This document shows, piece by piece, positions 1-12,922 of a DNA stretch of 64,000 nucleotides (within the stretch, counting starts at the first letter, position 1; each line of letters opens with the position of its first letter). The translations under genes and the position numbers were made by a program. The notes under the pieces are model-generated. The model did no database searches and had not been told where the DNA came from. It was given only the letters and a program-made list of their open reading frames with translations. Source of the DNA: Camelus dromedarius (taxonomy: Eukaryota); contig NC_087472.1 in NCBI RefSeq assembly GCF_036321535.1, forward strand, positions 99,574,001 to 99,638,000. Direction: 5' to 3'.

Positions 1-479
1 TGAAAGCTTTACCTTTGAGATTTGGAATATGACAGAGATGCTTATTATTCCACTTCTTTTCACATTGTCCTGGAGGTACTAGCAAGTACAGTAAGACAAT
101 CAAAGAAGTACAATTTAAGGTTTAAAAAGAAGGAATAAAATTGTCATTGTTTAGATAATATGATTGTGTCCACAGAAAATCCAAATCTTCATATAAATCC
201 TTGGAATTAATAAGAGTTTGGCAAAGTTGCTGGATAAAGAGTCAATAAATAAAATCTGTTTCACGTCTGTATACTAGCAACAGAAAATGGGATTTTTAAA
301 AAGATACTGTTTATAATAGTATAAGAAATAGCAAACCTAGGGATAAATCTAGTATAAGTTATGTAAGAACTCTGTGCAGAAAATTTAGAAAATTTTACAT
401 AAGGAAATTTTAGAAGATCGAAAAAACTTAGAAAGTTGTGCCATTTTCACATTATGGCAGACCCAGTGTTGTAAAGATG

Positions 480-771
480 CATGTTATCCAATAGAAATAC
501 AGTGTGAACCACATACATAATTTAAAATTTTCTAGTAGCAACATTGAAAAAGTAGAAGGAAATAATTAAAATTAATTGTAATATATTTTATTTAACCCAA
601 TATATATCCAAGGTATTATCATTTCAACATGTAATCAGCATTTTAAAATGATCAAGATTTGATACATTTTTAAATTTGAAGCTCACTGTGTATTTTACAC
701 TGTTTGAGCTAGCCACATTTCAAGTGCTCAGTGGCTGTGTGTGGCTAGTGGCTTCCATATTGGACAGCATA
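480..771. mobile_element. MER33-like hAT-Charlie element nested in L1
   Basis: tccaatagaaat...gctagccacatttcaagtgctca...atattggacagc; terminal inverted ends. Confidence 0.8.
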
Positions 772-1916
772 ACTATCATTTCATTGCAAATCAAATTTAA
801 ATCTGAGTAAGCTTTTTGTGTAGAACTTAATAAACTGATTCTAATATAATACAAGGGACCAAGAACAGCTAAAACACTCCTGAAGAAAATCAAGATAGGA
901 GGACTTGTTTTATCAAGTATCAAGCCTTACTATAACTGTAATTAGGACAATATGGCATTAAAACAAGTATAGAAAATAGACTTGTAAAACAGACCAGAGA
1001 GCCCAGTAACAGACCTATACATATGTAGACACTTAACCATTGGAAATTGAAGAGCAATAGGGAAGTAGCAGCCTTTTTAAATAAATCATGCTAGAAAAAT
1101 TGGTATTCATAAAGAAGAAGATGAAACAACTCCTACCTCACACCATCCACAAAGATCATTTCCAAGTATATTATAAATATATATATATTTTATGTATATG
1201 TGTCAAAAGGCAAAAAAGATTCTAGGAGGAAATATAGAAGACTATCTTCATGACCTCGGAGTAGGAAAAGTAGTCTTTGGACACAGAAAGCACAAGCTGT
1301 AAAGGAAAAGAATGAAGAAGTATTACTACATTAAAATTAGTAACTTCTCATCAAAAATATTCCATTGGGAGAGTAGAAGAAGAAAGTTATAACATGTAAC
1401 CCACAAAGGGCTTGTTTCCAGAATATATCAAGGACTCCAGTTAATCAATAAAAAGACAGCCCAGTAAGAAACACAGGTAGGAGACATAGGGACTTCCCGA
1501 AAGAGGATATCCAATGACTGATAAGCTTATTAAAAGATGCTTACCTTCATTAAGCAGAAAATGCCAATTAAAACCACAACAAGCTACAACTACATACCCA
1601 CCAGAATAGCTAACGGTAAAAAGACTGACAATACAAAGTGCTGATGGGCTATGAAGCAGCAGCAGCTTTCATCCATGGCTGGAAGGAATGTAAAGACTTG
1701 TAAAACCACTTTGGAAAGCAGTTTTTGGCATTTCTTCTGAAGTCAAATATATGTATAACCTCATCCATTAACCCCACTCCTAGGCATGCACCCAATTTAT
1801 ATGAATCAAGGTAGTTGCACACCTAGAAACAAGTACCAAGATATTCATAGCACCATTATTTGTAATAGCCAAAAAATGGAAACTTGGTTGCTATATATTC
1901 ATACAGTAGAATACAG

Positions 1917-2092
1917 CAGAGGTTGACAAACTATCTAAGTATTTTAGGCTTTGAGGCCACACACAGTCTCTGTCACATAATCTTATTTATTGTTTCTTTC
2001 CACACTTGTAAAATGTAAAAACCATTCGTGGTTCAAAAGCCATACAAAAATAGGCTGAAGCCTTTTGCCCATGGGTGTAGTGTGCCACACAG
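1917..2092 (+). mobile_element. MER58C-like hAT-Charlie element
   Basis: cagaggttgacaaact...tattttaggctttg...aaatgtaaaaaccattc...gtagtgtgcc. Confidence 0.65.
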
Positions 2093-2799
2093 CAAAGAAA
2101 AGAATCAAACCACAATTACATGCAACAACTTGGGTAAATCTCACAAGAATGTTGAGCAAAGGCAGTTCAAACACAAAAGGATGAATACTACATAGATGAT
2201 TCTATTTATAAAGTTTTAAAAGCAGAGAAGCTAAAGCATAGTTTTTAGGGTCCATATTTAGGTGGCAAAAGCCTGAGGCGAAATAAGGAAAGTGGTTACA
2301 TTGGATGAGGGGTTCTGACAAGGTTGTATTTCTTGGCCAGATGACTGTTCACTTTGTGGTCAATCATTGAGCTGTGTACTTTAGTTTTGAGTTTGGGGGG
2401 TTTTGTTTTGTTTTTTGCACTTTGTTATTCTTCACAATAAGAAAGGTCAAAAACTACTTGCTGTATAAATGAATATTCACTGAACCTTCATCACTCCATC
2501 TACTCTGGCCAATTCCTTTCAGCTAACAGGCACACTCTAGCATTGAAAAAAACAGACCCCTTTCTTTGACCTGGCTTTTCTTTCAAGTTTCTGTACCACT
2601 TTCCTGCATCCTTTCAATACAAAGCCTCTTTAAAGAGTAGCCTAAGCTTTCTGTTAGCATTGTTGGGCTGCTTTTGTTCCACAGCCTGTTTGTCATTCGT
2701 TTCTGCCACTCTGTTGAAACTTCTCTTCACTGTGGTCATCAATAATCTCCTGATTGTGTAGACCAGTGGCAGATTGTTAGAAAGGTGACTCTTTGTACC

Positions 2800-3090
2800 A
2801 TTTGTTCACACAATTCATTCAACAGATGATTGAGGTCTTGCTATATGTACTTAGGCTGCAGTATGAACAAGACTGACAACCTCTTCTGTGGTCTCACAGA
2901 AATTGCATTCTAGTGGGGGAGACAAGGAATTAATATTTAAGCAAATAAATATGATAATTTCCAATAGTAATAGGAGCAGTGAGGATAATAAACCAGGGTA
3001 CTCTTGAAGTGTGAGAGCAGGGGCAGGGGCAGGAGTCAGTTTAGATGGGCCAGTTAAGGAAGGTTTCTCTGAGGAGTATTTGACACTGCT
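2800..3090 (-). mobile_element. L2 3' fragment
   Basis: attcattcaacagatgattgag...cattctagtggggga...ggaaggtttctctgaggag. Confidence 0.6.
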
Positions 3091-3319
3091 GGCCACTCCC
3101 TCCCCACTTAGTTTTTCCTACTTTCATCTGCTTCTCCCACCGCTAACCATTCTGCTTTTGGTCTCTTTTGCTTGACCATCCCTCCTCTGCCTCTTTTCTC
3201 TTTCTAATTATGAAAGATTTCAAATGTATATTCGCAGAAATAAAATAATACAGTGAAGATACATATACCAATCACCCAGATTCAACAGTCATCCAGATTT
3301 TGCCACATTTGCTTCGTCT

Positions 3320-3351
3320 AGTCTGTCTGCCTGTCTGCCTGCCTTTCTTTT

Positions 3352-3415
<64 letters not shown>

Positions 3416-3498
3416 TCCTTCCTTCCTTCCTTCCTTCCTTCCTTCCTTCCTTCCTTCTTTCTCTTTCTCTCTCTCTTTCTTTCTCTCTTCCTCTCTTC

Positions 3499-3533
<35 letters not shown>

Positions 3534-3538
3534 TCCTT
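3320..3538. repeat. Compound pyrimidine microsatellite (TCTG/CCTG)(TTTC)n(CTTC)n(CT)n within an antisense L1M fragment
   Basis: Directly visible ~200-bp pyrimidine tract. Confidence 0.95.
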
Positions 3539-4919
3539 TACTGAACTATGTTAAACACTCCGGGCATGTCATTTCTCACCTTCCGTTTGCATTGCTAACA
3601 AGTCTGGATGTTTTCTTATGTAACCATATGTATCAAAACTAGTAGTAATCACCTAATACCAGTCCTTAACCGGATTTTTCAGGTTTTCTCCAAAACTGTG
3701 TCTTTACAAGTCTGCACATTTCATTTGGTTGTGTTTCTTAAGCTTCTATTCATCTAGAACAGTCAACCCTTGTTTTTCCCCTGCCATTTACCTGTAGAAA
3801 CCAAATTACTTTTTCATTTTCTGGATTTATCTTGTCAGAAGATGAAACCACCTCTCAATATCTGAAGCAAAAAGCATAAAGCTGATTCTATTGCTTATTA
3901 TAGTAAGGGAAAGCAATGCTGGTCCAGTAGAGTCTCTCCAGCAGAGTAGACCACTGTTCTTATATAGGGTTTCTGGGAAGGGTGGAGTTGAAGAATTGGC
4001 AGGTTTCCAGGGCATAAGTGGGTTGACATCATCTGTAGGAGTGTGGTTACTTGGGTGGGACTGTTAGCACTCAGGTGTGATTGTTGGAATCAGTTCATTC
4101 GTATGTTCTTCTTGCTAATTTTCACAGATGAAAAGCAGTTACTGATTGGTTGGTTTGCAAAAAACCAAAAAAACAGGACAAGACAAAACTCTGTTCACCT
4201 AGGCAAGTTGTCTCTGATCAGTTTGGTTTAAAACCAGGTCTGGTGACTCTCTTGTTTCCATGGTTACATAACAATAAGTCGTCTTGGCAGTGTGGAAATT
4301 TTTTACATTCTCCTTGTGATATTGTTTCACTTGTTTCTTTGTCTTGTTTTTGGTTAAACTTTTTTGGCAAGATTATTTCATAGCTCATACTGTTGTACCC
4401 TATTGCATCACATCAGGAGGCTTACAACAGCAGCTTGCCCCCACTTTAAGTGATGAGGTTCCCATGGTTATAGCTGATCCCTCCATTGTAAAGTTCCCTG
4501 TCAGGCTTTCATCTAATGGTTTCATACATTGATAATCATTACTTGAAACAATTATTTTATTAGAGATTCAAAATGGTGATTTTTCTATTCATGTTATTCC
4601 TTCATTTATTAGTTGATATTTTCCAAAACAGTGAACTTTCACTCATCAACTAGGGCTATTTAGTTACCTTGAAATAATGCTCAAACAAGAAAGGCAGAAT
4701 AAATGCTTGATTCTCTTCTTAATTATTTCCAATTGTCATAGCCCTAGTTACTTACTTCCAGTGGGGGTGATGTCTATTGAGTTGGGTTTTTATGTTTTGA
4801 CTTTCTTTTCCCTTTTTTACTGTAAAGAATTCATAGGATTTAATAATCAGTGTGATTCAACCAATTGCATTCATCATTTTTAATGTCCAAATTGTTCTTT
4901 TTCTGACCACCTTTTAAAT

Positions 4920-5520
4920 GTTCTCATTCCCCGAGGTTCCATCTCTGATATGCTTCTCTTCCCCTCTGCACTCACTTTCCTGGCTGACTTCAGTCTTTCC
5001 AATAACTACTCAACATTTTAATTACTCCCAAGTCACTCTTTCTTAACTTAATTTATCAGACACCAGACCTGTATTTTCATTTACTCACCTGCATGGCTTT
5101 CCGAAATGTATGACATGCATGACTTAACATTTTTAAACTAAATTTATCTCTATTTGCTGTTCTGTTCCTCTTCTTCCATTCCCAGTTAGCAGCATTTCCA
5201 TGCACCCTGTTCCCCAAGCCAGAAGCCTAGAAATCATTCTTGATTTTTTCCTTCTCTCTTGCATATGCAGGTATTTATTAGATTCGCTCTCAAAAATGTT
5301 CCACTGTCCCAGCCTTTCCTCTTCATTGCACTGCTTACTGTCCTCACGTCTCCTACCCGTGGTGATCTCCTACCCACACTATCGGGTCAAGCTCCTAAGT
5401 AGAATGCCTGCTTCCTGCCACCAATTCCCACTCCAGATCATTCTGTACTTCCCTTGGAATACCTTCTTGAAAATAAATCTGGTCAGTTAGCCCACTGTTT
5501 GAAGACCTCTGCTATATCCC
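4920..5520 (+). mobile_element. L2 fragment
   Basis: ccaagccagaagcctagaaatcattcttgattttttcc and related L2 3' motifs. Confidence 0.6.
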
Positions 5521-6629
5521 TGTTACATAACACAGCAGTGTTTCCCCTTGTTTCTGTTTTTTGACAGAACCCTAATTCTCCAAGATGTTAATAGGTATTC
5601 TCTGAAAAAGAGGTACTAAAAACAAATGTTTGGAAAAATACTTACTTCTTTACTCTAGGTTTTTCAGCCTTTTATATGCAGTGTTTTTTATTCTATGTCT
5701 CCAACAGGGGGCATAATAATAGCGTTCCAGAAACTTATTGGATCATGAAATATTTTTTGTTGTTGCTAAGTGTCTAGAGAAATTAATGTTATTTAGTAAA
5801 ATGTTGGGGGAACACTAACCAAATGAATAATTCTTAACCTTTAAATTTCATTTAAGGCCTTTTACAATCTCCCATGTTAAATTAGATATCCCCTGCTGTT
5901 TTCTTAGCACTCTTTACATATGTCCTTCTGAGTTTGTCTCTTAATGTACTAGGCTCATCTATATCTGTCTTCCCCCACTGACCATGGAGGAAAGTCATTT
6001 TTATCTCTGTATCCTCAGCACTAAGCAGTGTCTAGCACATAGTAGTTTCAATAACAACTCACTGAATAATAAATGGATCTATTTCTGAAATAGAAATTTC
6101 TCTGCTAGCCATTTTCTTCAGCTGTGTTATTATTTTCATACTTACAGGATCACTAGTTTCCTTAATTTGTAGGTTGGGGGAAAGAATAAAATTATATATT
6201 AGAGCTTAAACAGACCTTCAAGCTCATCCAGGCCAGTGGTTTTCAGACTGTGTACCACAGACATCTTAGATGTTCCACAGACCCCTTTCCCACCAGCTCT
6301 TCTTCCCTGCAGGGCTATTAAAGGAAATGGGAGGGAAAAAAGTATATGAAACATATGTTCTTTTAGCAATTTTAAATGTGGGATTCCTTAAATTCTCTTT
6401 GAGAAAGAGTTCCAGATCTATAGTTTGGCAGCCATTGATCTAATATCTAGTCCCCTTGCTTATGAAGAAGTGATAACAGGCCTGAAGGGATTGGCTTTCC
6501 CAGGGTCACAAAGTTTTAGTAATAGATCCAGAAACTAAGACTCAGATGATCTTACTTTCATAGTAGTGCTTTTTGTAAAATTCTGAAAAATCAAGAAGTT
6601 CATTAGAAGATTTTGGGCTAACATTGTAC

Positions 6630-8110
6630 TATGTGTTCACACAAAAACCTAGATACAAATATTCATAGCAGCTTTATTTGTAGTAGCCCAAAACTGGACA
6701 TAATCCAGATGTCCTTTAACAGGTAAATAAATAAACTCTAGCATATTCATGTCATGGAATATTACTTAGCAATGAAAAGGGACGGACTATTGATACACAC
6801 AACAACTTGGATGAATCTCAAAGGAATTATGCTGCATGAAAAAAGTTACATACTATATGGTTCCATTTATATAGCATTCTTAAAGTGACAAAATTGTAGA
6901 AATGAAGAATAAGTTACTGGTTGCCAGAGGTTAGGAATCAGGGAGAGAGGAAGGTGGATGTGGTTATAAAGGAGCCACTTGAGGAACCCTGGTGGTGGTG
7001 AACTGTTCAGTTTCTTTACTGTGGTGATAGACACAGAAACTTATACATGTGATAAAATGGAATAGAACTTCACCTCACACCTGTCAGAATGGCTATCATC
7101 AGAAAATCTATAAGTAACACGTGTTGGAGAGGGTATGGAGAAAAGGGAACCCTTGTACACTGTTGGTGGGAATGTAAATAAATTAGTGCAGCCACTATGG
7201 AAGCAGTATGGAGGTTCCTCAAAATAAAATTAGAGCTCCCATATGATCCAGCAGTTTCAGTCCTGGGCATATATCCACAAAAAACGAAAACACTAATTCT
7301 AAAAGATACATGCACCCCAGTATTCATAGCAGTACTGTTTACAATAGCCAAGACATGGAAGCAACCCATTGCCCATCAACAGATGATTGGGTTGAGGAGA
7401 TAAGATATAGATGTATACACATAAACACACAATGGAATATTACTCAGCCATTAAAAAGAATGAAATTCTGCCATTTGCAGCAACATGAATGAACCTAGAG
7501 AATATTATACTTAGTGAAATAAGTCAGACAGAAAAAAGACAAATACTGTATTATATTACTTATATGTGGAATCAAAAAATAATACAAATGAATGTATATG
7601 CAAAACAGAAACATACAGATATAGAAAACAAACTTGTGGTTACAAAGGGGAGAGTAAAGGGGGGAGGGCCAAATTAGGGGTATGACATTAACAGGTACAA
7701 AACACTATGTATAAAATAAAATAGATAACAAGAATATATTCTATAGCACATGATATTATAGGCATTATCGTTTAATAACCTAGAATGGAATATAATCTGT
7801 AAAAATACTGAATAACTGTGCTGTATACTTGAAACTAATATAATATTGGAAATCAACTATACTTCAGTTTTTAAAATGGCATAGAACTAAACACACACAT
7901 AAGTGCAATTAAAGCTGGAGACATCTGAATGAGATCAATAGATTGTATCACTGTCAATATCCTGGTTGCAATATCACATTGTAGTTTTGTAAGATAACTA
8001 TCATTGGGAGAAACAGGGTAAAGTGTATGTAGGATCTCTCTGTGTGATTTGTTACAACTGATTTTGAATCCACAAAATTATCTTAAAATCAAAAATTTAA
8101 CTTAAAAATA
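6630..8110 (+). mobile_element. L1MC/MD-type 3' end split by a younger L1 insertion
   Basis: attcatagcagctttatttgtagtagcccaaaactgg...; sequence resumes after the duplicated target site at 7873. Confidence 0.75.
7070..7872 (+). mobile_element. 5'-truncated artiodactyl-type L1 (ORF2 C-terminus plus 3'UTR) with 16-bp TSD
   Basis: ORF 7197-7403 is L1 ORF2-like ([32 protein letters not shown]); TSD AAAATGG(A/C)ATAGAACT at 7054-7069 and 7873-7888. Confidence 0.92.
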
Positions 8111-8163
8111 AAATATAGATACCTCCAAAAAATAAAATGTTATTCTATGTGTTTATTATTTAG

Positions 8164-8252
8164 AGCCAAACTTGGGATGCCACAGTTTTTGAGTCCTGAA
8201 GCCCAGAGTCTTTTACGAATGCTTTTCAAACGAAATCCTGCAAACAGATTAG
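8164..8252 (+). CDS. RPS6KA3: RSK2 exon (human exon 11), end of N-terminal kinase domain
   Basis: ttag|A GCC AAA...TTA G|gtaac; 89 nt; [29 protein letters not shown] matches RSK2. Upstream exons lie outside the window. Confidence 0.97.
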
Positions 8253-8446
8253 GTAACAGTTTTAATTAATTTGTTTCTTTTTTGTGTTTATTGGTGTATG
8301 TTTTCTAAGGGGGAGATGGATATTTGTGTTTGTTGTAGGATTATGAAATATTAGGACAAATGTTAAAAGTGAAAACTAGATAAATAATATATATTTCTCC
8401 TTGAAATAAAATTACCATTTAATCAAAACTATTTAATTTTTGATAG

Positions 8447-8511
8447 GCGCAGGACCAGATGGAGTTGAAGAAATTAAAAGACATTCATTTTTCTCAACAA
8501 TAGACTGGAAT
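8447..8511 (+). CDS. RPS6KA3: RSK2 exon 12
   Basis: atag|GC GCA...AAT|gtaagt; 65 nt; (G)AGPDGVEEIKRHSFFSTIDWN. Confidence 0.97.
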
Positions 8512-8568
8512 GTAAGTATAGAATGAAAACTTTTTTGAAATATGTTTTTATAATTAACCCATGTCTAA

Positions 8569-8703
<135 letters not shown>

Positions 8704-10160
8704 TGACAAGCCCAAATGGAAGACAATATCTGTATTTTTTCTTGTTCAATCAGAAAATCTTTCCTAGTGTGACTCTTTATACTGTTCTCATTTCTCCCCT
8801 TCATACAATATCCCTGCTGCAATAACTAGGTGGTTAGTAAATCATTTACAGCATTTTAGAGCAGTTAAGATTCTTGTTAAATCTTATTTCAAATTATGTT
8901 GTACCTTAAACTTTGATACTAGTTATGTGAAAACATTACTTGGTTGTGTATTTATTTACCTGTAGCTAGTTTTACATGAAAAACTCTTCAGCATAAATAG
9001 TACTCTTTAAAACTTTAATATTAGGTGGTATTCTGGAAGTACTTGTAAAGTTCAAATTCCAAACATAACTTAAACTTTATATGAGGTATGGTAACTTCAA
9101 AATGATTCATACCCTGTGTCGTGCTTTATCCTAAAATTGCCTAAACTGTGACTGTAATAGCAAAGTCATCTTTGATACTGGTAACCTGTGTTTCATTAAT
9201 CAGCATGTGTATTATACAAAACAGTGTGTTTTGCACTCTATTATTTTCTCATTTAGTTGTATCAAACCCCAGATTTCACTGACAGGCAAATAAATAGAAA
9301 ATGTACTTGCACATATTTCCCATAGAGTATATCATTCAAACTCTATAAAGCTTTACACCCCAAATCCTCACAATCTATATTAAGCGTTGATGGGTATTTA
9401 TTTTTATAAGACAATCTTCGAAATTTGGATTAATACATGAACAAAATTTTATCAAATGCATAGACAGTGATATGCATAGAATTGACGATATATGGTAACG
9501 TTTTACTTTGCTTTCTCAATACAATTTGTCCTGATAGAGAAAAATCTTAGACTAGAGCTGTTATATATTACATTCTGCCCAGATAGTTTCTCTTAGCGGA
9601 AGTCTTCAGTATAATACTGTCACATTGATGTAAAATTCATTAAACAATATATATTGCTGAGAATATCAAGCTGATGTTAAAAAAGAACTTTATGTGGAGT
9701 TGATGTTTAAGTAGATTTACCTATTTGTTTTTTGCTTACCTTTAGCCTTTAGTATGTTTATAAATATTAGTATGCCTAATTGTGTGTTTATATTTATGCA
9801 TAACACATTTATTATACTTTTATTATTTCTTTTTATAATGAACATTAACTATATTGTAAAAGTATTTTTCTGTTTTTGTTAATGCCCATAGATTCCACAT
9901 AAATTAGTTGAAAAACAATATATGTCATGGTCATGTCGTAAAATCATATTTTAAGGACTACATACCATGATTGTTCTAGAAATTACTTTTGACCTTTAAT
10001 ATATATAAATTAATAATTTTACCTTGAGTTTAGATTTCCAGATTCTGACATTATATATTGGGACCACTGGACTAAATTCCTTTCTCCTAAATTGTCTGTA
10101 GATCAATCTTGTATCTCCCCCTATCCAGGAGTCATAGCATTTCTTAGGTTATTATTTAGG

Positions 10161-10362
10161 GCTGCACTGTCCGATATGGTAGCCAGGAGCCATTTGTGAC
10201 TATTCAAATTTAAATTAATTAAAAATAAACATATTGTTTTTCAGTTGGCACTAACCACATTTCAAATTCTCAGTAGCTGCAGGTGGCTGGGGGCTACCAT
10301 ATTCAACAGCACAGATAAAGAAAATTTCCATCACTGCAGGAAATTCTTTGGGACAGTGCTAA
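10161..10362. mobile_element. MER3-like hAT-Charlie element
   Basis: gcactgtccgatatggtagcca...ttccatcactgcaggaaattctttgggacagtgc. Confidence 0.75.
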
Positions 10363-10553
10363 TTTAGAATAACATTAACCCAGTAATTCACTGGTTTATT
10401 ATATTCTTCAAGTGAAGTGCTTATTTTCTGGGCTCTGAGGGACTAGGCTGTTAGAGTTGTGATGACAGTAAGCCATCAGGACAGATCTGATGCAGTGCGT
10501 CACTGAGTTATCCTGGAAGCACTGGGTACATGAGAAGTAGAATTCCAGAATAA

Positions 10554-10826
<273 letters not shown>

Positions 10827-11125
10827 TAAGTGGGTTAGATTTGATCTGCTGACCTTAATTGAGCAGCTTAAAATACATTTTATATCACTGACATTACTCT
10901 TGGAAATTCCTTTCATATGCCTTTGAAAAGGTTGCATGTACCAGAATCCTGGGTACCTATCTGACTTGAAAGTGGAATTCTAAGAGACTTGAAATAAATT
11001 CACCATCTTGTCTCTCACATCTCCTGTGCCTCAAAATGGTTATCAGGCCTAGTTTGTTTCATCCTCTGCCTCTGTTAGATCAGTTATGATGAACTGAGAT
11101 CTCCTGGTTCCCCAATGCCTTAGGA

Positions 11126-11350
11126 CAGGGGTCAGCAGACTTTTTCTGTAAAGGGCCAGATAATAAATATTTGACGCTTTGTAGGCTGTGTGAATCTCTG
11201 TTGTGACTACTCAGCTCTGCCACTCTAGCACAAAAGCAGCCGTAGCCAGTACATAAATGAATAAACATGGCTGGGTGCCAATAAAACTTTATTCTAAAAA
11301 ACTGGTAGCGAATCAGATTTGGCTCACAGGACACAGTTTGCCAACCTCTG
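11126..11350 (+). mobile_element. MER58A-like hAT-Charlie element, near full length
   Basis: CAGGGGTCAGCAGACT...AGTTTGCCAACCTCTG terminal inverted repeats; internal ctgtaaagggccagata. Confidence 0.88.
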
Positions 11351-11544
11351 CCACAGAAATATATAAGAAACAAAAATGAACTTAAATCTTAAGTAATATA
11401 AGTTTTGTGTCCTTGTTCTTTTGGAGCCCCCATTAGGAAGAAGTGGTTATGGGTACTCCTTAGGGTGCCCCCTCCCTCCTTATCCCATCTGTTTATCAGA
11501 GTGAGAGAAAAAGGAGCCACAGAAGCAGGTTTCTGAGTGTGTCA

Positions 11545-11548
<4 letters not shown>

Positions 11549-11610
<62 letters not shown>
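11549..11610. repeat. (GA)n(GT)n compound microsatellite
   Basis: Directly visible. Confidence 0.97.
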
Positions 11611-11612
<2 letters not shown>

Positions 11613-12766
11613 CTGGAGACTGCACTGGTAAATTAAATGTTATTAGAGGAACACAAGTAGTACAAACCGTTAGATTTATTTCTTCCCACCCAAGTATCAT
11701 GGAAAGATAAATTTAATTCATCGTCCTAATCATAGAGGGAACTAGATACATCTTTTGAAGCATTGAATTGTTTTTAGGGTATCATTAGTGCATGAATTTG
11801 CTTGATGATTAAGTTGCTTTTGCTCTAAAGTTTTTTTCACGAGTCAATCATCTTGCTTTCCACTTCCTAGAAGACCAATTTAAACACTGGTTTTTGAACA
11901 AAGTTCATGTTGAAGTAGTCTGTCCCTTTTACTACGACAAGCAAGTTAATAAGGCATAACTTCTGTACCTAACTTAGAAATCACAGACATACTCTACAGA
12001 ATTCAAATTTTAACCTATAGGCATGGAAGAGGTCTCCTATCAGTGTAGCCAAGGGCTGCACAACTTCCTGCAGCCTGTTACAGAACTGGTAATTTGCTGT
12101 TCACCATCCTACCACATCCTATTGGCCTTTAACCCGTTAACAGCTTCTCTAGCCGAAGCTATACTGAAGCTGTGACTTGAGAGTAGAGAAAGGAGGTTAT
12201 AGCAAGTGATAGTCCAAAGCAATAATACTAAGTATCACGTTCAAACACAGTATTTTCTTTAATCCTCACCATTACCCTCTGAGAAAACACAGGTTCAAAG
12301 TTACATGGCTTGAAAGTAGCACGTCTGAGATGAGAATCCAGATGTTCTAATTCTGAATCTTCTGAGTCTTTTCTTCTATACTGCAGGTTTCACACATCTC
12401 CCCCATTTGCAGAGGTACTTCAAAGACCTATAGCCGGTTGGGGAGTGGAGTGGGGCATAAACACAGGCAAGGCTGTTGGCCCCTTAGCAAGTAGCTCTGT
12501 GTTTTCTTTTTGTACATATTCAATTTTTTCTTTTTAACGTAAGCTTTTTAAAAAGGCACATTTCTTGCTGTACTTTTTGTCATAGATACTTGTAAAATAC
12601 ACAGTTTTAGAAGACTAAATGCTGTAAAGATTCATTTTTGTTTTTGCTAAATTCATTTATATTTATAGTTAAGCTCAACAGTACGCACTGAGTAACATGT
12701 TTCCCTATTATGAAATGTACCAAAGTCACTACAGAGCTCTTCATCAATTTGTAATTGTGTTTGTAG

Positions 12767-12922
<156 letters not shown>

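Larger units (their letters stand above)
1..2450 (+). mobile_element. Old L1 (L1M-type) ORF2/3' remnant interrupted by DNA transposons
   Basis: Degenerate ORF2 segments (cacattgtcctggaggtactagca; ggaggacttgttttatcaagtatcaag; aaatgccaattaaaaccacaa). Confidence 0.8.

Noticed and set aside
3300..3554. Low-complexity ORFs (FFLS repeats here; also ERER at 48779-49087 and YIYI at 17378-17755)
   Set aside because: Translations of microsatellites
3834..4268. Possible antisense LTR (TG...CA) inside an L1 fragment
   Set aside because: Could not assign a family or find a TSD by eye; needs RepeatMasker
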